Origin: Corallochytrium limacisporum Hawaii
Lineage: Eukaryota; Protista; Pluriformea
Direction: 5' to 3'
Assembly (NCBI GenBank): GCA_002811645.1
Contig: PDIP01000077.1
Location: 22,226 to 86,225 of the forward strand
DNA: 64,000 bases
Below the pieces are notes generated by a model. The model saw only the letters and a program-made list of their open reading frames with translations, ran no database searches and had not been told where the DNA came from. Both the position numbers and the translations under genes were made by a program. Positions 57,313 to 64,000 of this stretch are shown piece by piece; the first letter of the stretch is position 1; every line of letters begins with the position of its first letter.

Positions 57313-59541
57313 ATGTCGGTTTTGCAATTGTGGCGCATGAATCGCACCTCTCAAGCTGCAGTTAGCCCTTATCTACAACGCTTCTTTGGATCTAGTGTTA
57401 TCTCGCTCTGGCCTCGCAAGCTGCGTGGTACCAGCGGCGCATCTACAAAGATAGATTACTTTGGTGCAAACATTGATCCTTTAGACGAAGAGGATCATAT
57501 TCCTGTTACTGGGGCAGACGCATTAGATACCAGTAGCCTCGGAGATGATGTGAAGCATTTGGTAGGCGATGATGAATTGGATGCGTCGGAGAATTCAGAA
57601 GCGTACCGCCCCTTGGGCAGAAAGGTACGAAGGAAAGGTGGAGGGCACAGAAGGTACGATTTGGAGGACGATGTTGACATGCTTATGCGGCAGGGCCTAG
57701 AATTGGCAAAAACGAGGGTACCAAGATCCAAGCCTGCTGTACATAAAGAATCCGAAGCGTACGATCCGTTCCACGGACGGCTTCCGTCGGCCATGGCCGC
57801 GAAGTATCACGACCCTGACGTGGTGATGAGATCCAAGGAGGCCGCAAGACATTTTGATCGGGACCGACTGGTCAATTCAGTCAAGGATATGCATCTGCCG
57901 TCCGCCGTAGTGGACCGATTGGCGGCCCGGGGCGTCCAGGCACTGACAGATTTGCAAAAGGCAATGATTCCTGAAATTCGCACGAAGGACGATGTTTTTG
58001 TATTATCTCAACCGGCAGCTGGCAAGACTTTGGGTGCGTTGCTGGCCACCGTGCCTAGTCTTCAGCGGAAGGACGCCGGCGAGCTTTTAATTGCCGTGAA
58101 CGGAGACAGTCATGCCATGCAAATCTACAGGGAGATCAAGCAAAATTTCCGTGACAATAAGGGTGACAAACGGAAGCTGGCCATGGTGTTCAGCAAACGA
58201 TTCTCAAAGGAAGAGAATTTTGCTCTGTTCAAAGCGTCTAAGCCAGCCATTGCCATTGGTCAGGCAAACATACTCTTGCAGTTCCTAGAAGCGGGGCCTT
58301 TGCAACAAAAGCAAGTACAGACCTTGATCCTAGATGATGCGGACCGTCTTTTGCCCAAGAAATTTACATTCAAGAAGCGTCGCAAGTTTGAAAGACGAAA
58401 TGTTTCAAGGGCGGACGATGATGATACCTTGGCCGGGTCGGCAGAGCTCAAGATGGGCAGACAAAGTGCTGGAGAGCTGGTGCAAAAGTTGACTCCAGTA
58501 GCGCCGGCCCCGGAGCACCCCGCTGTGCAAGGATTCGAGGCCATGAAGGCGGCTTCACAGGAACTAGATGATGTCGACGATGACGTGAATCTGGACCATG
58601 ACGATATCCGATATGTCACCAACGACGGTGTTCCGGACGAAAAACGGCCAATCCGGCAGCAGCAAAGGCCGCAGATAATCTATCTTTCATCCAGTGGTGA
58701 CATAGACTTTAGTAGACGAGTTCTGGATGCAATGAATGTGAAAAGACCCAAATTAATCACATCGCCTGATTTTAAAGAAGGTCTGTCAGGTAGGTTTCCG
58801 AGCAATGTCGAATGTACCCACCTGGTGGTGCCCGACCCGGACATTGATCAGAATGTGCCCGTGGATCCCAAGGAATTTGCAGACAATCCGTTCAATCTGA
58901 CCAAATTGACGCTGCTCAAGTTGAACATAGCAGGTCAAATCATTGCCGCTTCGCAAGCCAGCGAAATGCCGCAACCGTTCTGGGTTTTCACCCGCCATGA
59001 TGATAGAGGCACCGAACAAGCCATTGTCAAGCACTTGGCGAAGTGGGGCGTACAGGCGTCGTCTCTGACTACGGCGGCAGCTTCACTGAAACTTCGCGAC
59101 TACGATGAAGCTTTGGACCTGTGGCAAAAGTGTGAGGTGCCAGTAATGGTCTGCAGCTACAACTACGCGTATGGCTTAGACATTCCATTCGTGCGTCGTG
59201 CTATTGCCCTGGAGCCTCCATCCGAGGTTTATGTAGGCATGAAAGAGCCTGAATTCGACTCTCAGACGCTGGCGATGTTCGGTACCGACCGTGTGCCGGA
59301 GCATATGGCGGAGCATAGACCGATTCCGAAGCAGCGCAAAGGCCCTGCTGCGGGGCGGGCGAAGCACGGGCCGGCTCGACTGTTCTTGCAGGCTGCAGCA
59401 CGCTTGGGCCGGACAGGTGAGACCGGGAGCATTCTGTCCCTGCTATCGCGTGACGAATTGGAGGGTCCTTACTTGGATTGTCTCTCACCGCTGGGTGTCT
59501 TCAGCGAAAGTCTGAATGACGCTGCAGAGGATGAACCATGA
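57313..59541 (+). CDS. Divergent DEAD-box helicase-like protein, probably mitochondrial
   Basis: Arg/Ser-rich presequence; Q motif LTDLQKAMIP, motif I PAAGKT, motif II ILDDAD, motif V YGLDIP, motif VI QAAARLGRTG. Confidence 0.78.
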   Translation: MSVLQLWRMNRTSQAAVSPYLQRFFGSSVISLWPRKLRGTSGASTKIDYFGANIDPLDEEDHIPVTGADALDTSSLGDDVKHLVGDDELDASENSEAYRPLGRKVRRKGGGHRRYDLEDDVDMLMRQGLELAKTRVPRSKPAVHKESEAYDPFHGRLPSAMAAKYHDPDVVMRSKEAARHFDRDRLVNSVKDMHLPSAVVDRLAARGVQALTDLQKAMIPEIRTKDDVFVLSQPAAGKTLGALLATVPSLQRKDAGELLIAVNGDSHAMQIYREIKQNFRDNKGDKRKLAMVFSKRFSKEENFALFKASKPAIAIGQANILLQFLEAGPLQQKQVQTLILDDADRLLPKKFTFKKRRKFERRNVSRADDDDTLAGSAELKMGRQSAGELVQKLTPVAPAPEHPAVQGFEAMKAASQELDDVDDDVNLDHDDIRYVTNDGVPDEKRPIRQQQRPQIIYLSSSGDIDFSRRVLDAMNVKRPKLITSPDFKEGLSGRFPSNVECTHLVVPDPDIDQNVPVDPKEFADNPFNLTKLTLLKLNIAGQIIAASQASEMPQPFWVFTRHDDRGTEQAIVKHLAKWGVQASSLTTAAASLKLRDYDEALDLWQKCEVPVMVCSYNYAYGLDIPFVRRAIALEPPSEVYVGMKEPEFDSQTLAMFGTDRVPEHMAEHRPIPKQRKGPAAGRAKHGPARLFLQAAARLGRTGETGSILSLLSRDELEGPYLDCLSPLGVFSESLNDAAEDEP

Positions 59542-59609
59542 AGCATCAAATACGGACAAAGAAAACAATATGATATACGATTGGGTATGTAATAGTGAGT
59601 GTTTTGACG

Positions 59610-60479
59610 TCAGTCCATCAAGTGCCGACGCTTGTCAAGAACGCCATGTCGGCCGGCCAAGAACATGCTCCGTTCCTGCATGTCGAGTCCTTCCATTGCT
59701 TTCACAAGGTCTTCGTCGTCGCGCAGACTCATGGCCAGACTCATAAGGTGTGTGAAGCGATGTTGGAAGACACGTAACAGCCAATCAATTATGTCTTCAC
59801 TTTTCTTCACTCTCCTTTGGTACAATTCAACAGGCATGTCCTCGGTCCGGGAATTTATCTTTGCAGTCGCCGCAGAAAGTCCCACAGAGGCCAATCCGAT
59901 GCCAAGGCCATAGTAGTGATCGATCGGCAACGGTGTGCTGGCAGCGGGACTAGTGCCGATGCTCTGCATGACGGACACTGCGTACGCCTTATTTGGTCTG
60001 AAGCCTGCCAAACCTTCCCTTACAAACACTTCTGCCAGCCAGAAGGGCACATCCACTGCTGAATGGGCCGGCATTGTCGTTAGTGGCAAGAAATTCACGC
60101 CGTCCGTGTCCTCGCCGTTCGCTTGTGCATTCTCCGCGGCGGCAGCAGCCCGCCTTTCTTCCTCCTCTAGGTTCAGACCAAGTCCTTGGCCCTTGAGGAT
60201 TGCCAGCCCCGGCGCATCCTTCTCAAAATATATAGTCACTTGTTCTTCCGCTGCTAGGATACTCTCCACATTATCGTAGCTATAGTAGTGTGAAGATAGA
60301 GCGCGGGGGAAGTGTTGAGCTTCTATTCCGATTTCCATCAGCGTCTCCAACCATTCCGGAGGGCCCTGTGTGTCCATAGGCTCCTGTGCAAGTTGCTGTT
60401 CTATTCCATTGCTTTCATCCTTGCGTACAGGGTACGATCCGTGCTGGGCCTCGTCTAATGCTTCTCCAGGCCCAGGCAT
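59610..60479 (-). CDS. GINS3: GINS complex subunit Psf3
   Basis: YDNVESILAAEEQV, PGLAIL, VDVPFWLA, YYGLG, VFQHRF, LDMQERSMFLAG. Confidence 0.85.
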   Translation of the reverse strand: MPGPGEALDEAQHGSYPVRKDESNGIEQQLAQEPMDTQGPPEWLETLMEIGIEAQHFPRALSSHYYSYDNVESILAAEEQVTIYFEKDAPGLAILKGQGLGLNLEEEERRAAAAAENAQANGEDTDGVNFLPLTTMPAHSAVDVPFWLAEVFVREGLAGFRPNKAYAVSVMQSIGTSPAASTPLPIDHYYGLGIGLASVGLSAATAKINSRTEDMPVELYQRRVKKSEDIIDWLLRVFQHRFTHLMSLAMSLRDDEDLVKAMEGLDMQERSMFLAGRHGVLDKRRHLMD

Positions 60480-60732
60480 TTTAATATCAGTTTGATCCCC
60501 GTAGTCAGTTTTAATTGGCGTCTACACAATCGGATTTTTAGTTATATTATGATACCTGGCGCCATTTTCTTCGTTGAACATATCGTAAGAGTCTGATGTC
60601 TGAAATACCGAAGTTGAATTGGAAAGCAGACGAAACAAATGGGTTCCGTCTCTCAGGACCCTCAGTGTGGTCTCCCATTGGTGCATAGCTCGAGACCCCG
60701 GAGAGAGCTGGGACAGGCTCAGAGGACAAAGC

Positions 60733-60746
60733 TTTCGCGCGCGAAA
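60733..60746. promoter_or_regulatory. Palindromic double E2F-type site TTTCGCGCGCGAAA
   Basis: Perfect 14-bp palindrome, with TTTCGCGC on both strands, about 255 bp upstream of the PSF3 ATG. Confidence 0.65.
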
Positions 60747-61147
60747 TTTCCTCCGGTTGGCCAACGTTCCTGCCCCGCCCTGCGCACAGATAGCGAAGGG
60801 CAGGGGCCTATTTCCCGGGTGAGCTGGGATCCCCAGTTCTTGCTGGGCGGGTCGGAAGGGGCTCTGCCCCTGGCGGGGGAGGCATCGTTTGCGCCTGGAG
60901 CTATGACGCAGGCTGACAATGAGAAGCCAACGGAGAGCTCGGAGGCAAGCACAGTACAGCAGTCAATTAAGCGCTATTTCAGGTCACAAGAACCAGAAGA
61001 GGTTTAAAGTCTGTGAATTTCTTGCAGTTATAGTGCAAACATTCATTGTGTGCTACCAGTCTGTTGCCTAGAATCCTGCAAGGAGCGGTTTATGTGAGGT
61101 CGCCAAGGAAACAGTCCGAAGCCGGACAGACTACCACAGATACCATC

Positions 61148-61975
61148 ATGGCAGCTCCAGCAACAGACCACGATCAAGAGACTTGCTTGAGTCTTTGCCT
61201 TGCTGCGGTTGATGGGGACATAAAGACCGCGAGCAAACTTCTGCTCTCTGACCGCAGTCTTGCCAAGTGCTCCATGGAGGGCTCGGGATTGACACCTTTA
61301 CACTACGCAGCCACTCGAGCCAGCAACGTCGCTGGTAGACGCACCGCAGAGATGGTCCTGGTCAACGGTGCTGATGTCAATGCCCAAGACGTTAGTGGCA
61401 ATACACCGATGCATACGGCGTGCATTGAAGATAACCAGCAGGTTACCCGATCACTGTTGGATGCCAATGCGAATGCCAGGATGACAAACCGAATCGGTGC
61501 TACTTGTCTACATGTCGCTGCATTGAACGACAGTCAGAAATGCGTTAAACTCATTATTGATTCTCACAAGGGAGATGTCGGGATAGCTGATCACCGAGGA
61601 AACCTGCCTTTGCACTTTGCATGCATGACGGGCAATGTTGCGACAGCTGACCTACTGCTCAAGGCACCACCGGCCTCTACCTCGCTCACTCCTAAGCAGA
61701 TGCTCCTGACTCCAAATCAGAGTGGCATGACAGCAGCCCACGCAGCAGCCAAAAATTGCCAACTTCCCGTTGTGCGCTGGTTAAAGGAACGGGCGAAGGA
61801 TGCGGGCGTCAGCGACGCAGAGATATGGGAAGCCAAGGACAATCGCGGTAGGACGCCTGGTGACAGTGTGTCGACTCGGAGAAGCACAGAGTGCGACGAA
61901 GTGCGCGCTCTTCTCACTGGCAACGCGGATCCCCCGGCCAAGAAAAAGGCTGGACAAGCATCGGACAAGGCATGA
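61148..61975 (+). CDS. Ankyrin-repeat protein
   Basis: GLTPLHYAA, GNTPMHTAC, GATCLHVAA, GNLPLHFAC, GMTAAHAAA. First ATG at 61148; the track start at 61046 is TTG. Confidence 0.88.
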   Translation: MAAPATDHDQETCLSLCLAAVDGDIKTASKLLLSDRSLAKCSMEGSGLTPLHYAATRASNVAGRRTAEMVLVNGADVNAQDVSGNTPMHTACIEDNQQVTRSLLDANANARMTNRIGATCLHVAALNDSQKCVKLIIDSHKGDVGIADHRGNLPLHFACMTGNVATADLLLKAPPASTSLTPKQMLLTPNQSGMTAAHAAAKNCQLPVVRWLKERAKDAGVSDAEIWEAKDNRGRTPGDSVSTRRSTECDEVRALLTGNADPPAKKKAGQASDKA

Positions 61976-62176
61976 TCTAGAACCAGTGTGAAGAATGAGC
62001 ACTGTGAGTTTCATTTTGTTGGGAAACACAATGTCCAACACATACAGAAGATGCATACATATACATATTTATGGATATAGAAATACGCAATTAGAACTTA
62101 ACTGTGAATGCATATGAATGATGATTTGGAAATCAATCTTCCGCTTGTCCGGCTTTGCATAGGTTGAATTTGTCAT

Positions 62177-63196
62177 TTAGCTTGGTGGCAGGCTTGCAAT
62201 GTCAATCTGCTTCCGCACCTTGGTCTCACCATCATGAAGAGAACCGATGGAAGACCGGGCCATGGCCGTCAGACCTGTCCGGCTGGCCTCAATAATACCG
62301 AACGGCTTGCAAAGTTTCATGAAAGCATCCACCCTACGGCTCCAGGTTGTTAACTCGACGATCAAATGGTCCTCACCAATGTCAACAATTTTGGCCTCAA
62401 AAAGTTTGGCCAGCTCGGTCACAGCATGGCGCTGCTGGCTAATCGCCTGCAGTTCTGCTGGTGTATACATCCTGGGTTTCTGCGCCTGTCCTTTGCTGCT
62501 GGCACGACGGGCAGGAACATGAGGATTGGTGCGGACCTTAATGAGCAACAGTTCCCGTTCCACAAACTTGATATCCGAGAAGTCCACAACACCGAAAACA
62601 TGCACCAGATCCTCCAGCTGGCGACGGGCCTGTTCAATGTCTAGATTTCCTCCCCGCATGACCATGGTCATACGACTCAAGTTCCTGATTTCTGTACCGC
62701 ACACGACCAGACTATCAATATTGAATCCACGCGCTGCCAGTAGACCGGAAATACGGCTTAGGACACCCGGTTCATTCTCAACCAGAGCACTCAAGACGTG
62801 TCGGTGGACGTCCTGCTTGATCACGGGTGCATCATACAGGATATTGTTAACACTATGTTCCACGTCGTCGACCTCACCCTCGTCGTCACCAACGTTGCGG
62901 TGCCGCGCGTCGAGAAACTCTTCCTCTGGGTCCTTGCTAACCGCTGAGTCGTGGTCTTGATCTTCTGGGTCGTCATCATCACGATTCTGCCGGCCGCCCA
63001 CGGGAGCAGAAGTGTTCACGAGACGCCGTCCCAAGTAGAAGGCTCCCTGTTTAGTGACGACGGACTGACTGAGCTGCGCTGCAGACCCACGATAGCTAAC
63101 GAAGTTGGCCAGAGGGATTGACTTCGCCGTGCAAATCATGCGACGTTGGCCAGTGTGCCGGGCCAGACCGGACGACCGCAGAAGCGTGCGGTACAT
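62177..63196 (-). CDS. ILV6: Acetolactate synthase regulatory (small) subunit, mitochondrial
   Basis: Presequence; LVENEPGVLSRISGLLAARGFNIDSLVV, LSRMT, QARRQLEDLV, ERELLLIKV, PFGIIEASRTG, terminal LPPS. ATG at 63196. Confidence 0.95.
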   Translation of the reverse strand: MYRTLLRSSGLARHTGQRRMICTAKSIPLANFVSYRGSAAQLSQSVVTKQGAFYLGRRLVNTSAPVGGRQNRDDDDPEDQDHDSAVSKDPEEEFLDARHRNVGDDEGEVDDVEHSVNNILYDAPVIKQDVHRHVLSALVENEPGVLSRISGLLAARGFNIDSLVVCGTEIRNLSRMTMVMRGGNLDIEQARRQLEDLVHVFGVVDFSDIKFVERELLLIKVRTNPHVPARRASSKGQAQKPRMYTPAELQAISQQRHAVTELAKLFEAKIVDIGEDHLIVELTTWSRRVDAFMKLCKPFGIIEASRTGLTAMARSSIGSLHDGETKVRKQIDIASLPPS

Positions 63197-64000
63197 GATT
63201 AATGAACAAATGGAAAGTAACACACAAAGCACACCGATAGTTCTGAATATATACTAGCGCTGGAAAGCTCGTGAACAAAGATGGCTTCCACGGTGAAAAA
63301 CTCCATGAAATAGCCACAGAGCAAGAATAGCAGTTTCTTCTTCATGTCTCACTGTCATACTCACAGCTTTCAGCGGAAAGACTGCAATTGGACGGTATCT
63401 CTCAGGCATCCCAGGTCGCGTGCATGAACCCGGCGATAGTGTTGCTGACCGATACCAATGGCCTTGTTTCTTCGTTACTACCCCCCGGGCTTCCTCTTTT
63501 TGGTTATCCTAAAGCATGGTACTAATCCGGTGTCATCGCTTCCGGAGAGACTGGTAGTGGCCGCGAAAAGTGAAGCTCGAGTTTCGCGGGCCCACAAGCT
63601 CGTAATTGCCCCTTTTTCTATTTCAGACATCTGTAATGGACACGTACAAGCGGCAGCCGCAACTGTATGGAATCATTATGAAAGCGAAGTACTTGTACTC
63701 CGCGTTTACTATTGGGACGGCCGGTTATACGCAATCCATAGAAAACAAGGCTGAGCACAAGAGCGCGGGCCGCAACGGGGCGCGACAAGAAACTGGGGGT
63801 GCTGGAGTGGGGGCGGCAGGCCGGCCAGGGCAAATGGGGAGATGGGGAAGAAGTTGAATATACCACCCTCTGTCTCATAATATTAGATCGAATCTATTCA
63901 AATCACATTCATTCGAATCCCGACCGCTGTAACATTTTGCGCGTTCAAACTCAGCGTAGCCGACTCTATCCCCGAGCCAATTTTCAGTCCAGTACACCTA

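Noticed and set aside
60903-61033. Possible extra first exon of the ankyrin gene via a 32-nt intron
   Set aside because: The donor GTTTAA is poor and there is no branch point; not supportable without RNA data.
575-63925. Recurrent CCGACC/GGTCGG hexamer in intergenic DNA
   Set aside because: A rough count is near chance expectation for GC-rich sequence.
1-64000. tRNA, rRNA, snRNA, TPP riboswitch, CRISPR arrays, transposase or RT genes
   Set aside because: No convincing signature found by eye; a covariance-model scan is needed to exclude small RNAs.

Overview
Eukaryotic nuclear DNA from a gene-dense, almost intron-less genome. About 22 protein-coding genes are recognisable, nearly all single-exon. 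They include IPUT1-like GT8, CENP-N-like, CEP43/FOP, VTA1, two cytochromes P450, a secreted clan GH-D glycosidase-like protein, an F-box protein, UVRAG, DMC1, a P3A H+-ATPase, TBC1D24-like, an isocyanide-hydratase-like DJ-1 protein, LSM8, a mitochondrial DEAD-box-like protein, GINS3/PSF3, an ankyrin protein and ILV6. The gene mix and intron poverty suggest a unicellular opisthokont such as the holozoan Corallochytrium (inference, not verified). Two long ORF-poor regions (1-8333 and 35524-47265) carry repeated G/C-tract islands like those seen at most short promoters here. Most notable observations: (1) an in-frame DinB-family metalloprotein/type II pantothenate kinase fusion; (2) a decayed fragment of an axonemal dynein heavy chain (DNAH2-like) between UVRAG and DMC1; (3) LSM8 and a helicase gene only 26 bp apart with no promoter island, a candidate bicistronic unit; (4) the only detectable coding intron lies in meiotic DMC1; (5) an SDR-CbiX chelatase fusion; (6) a 28-aa CxxC-CxxCG micro-ORF missed by the ORF track. 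All homology calls come from motif recognition by eye, without database searches.
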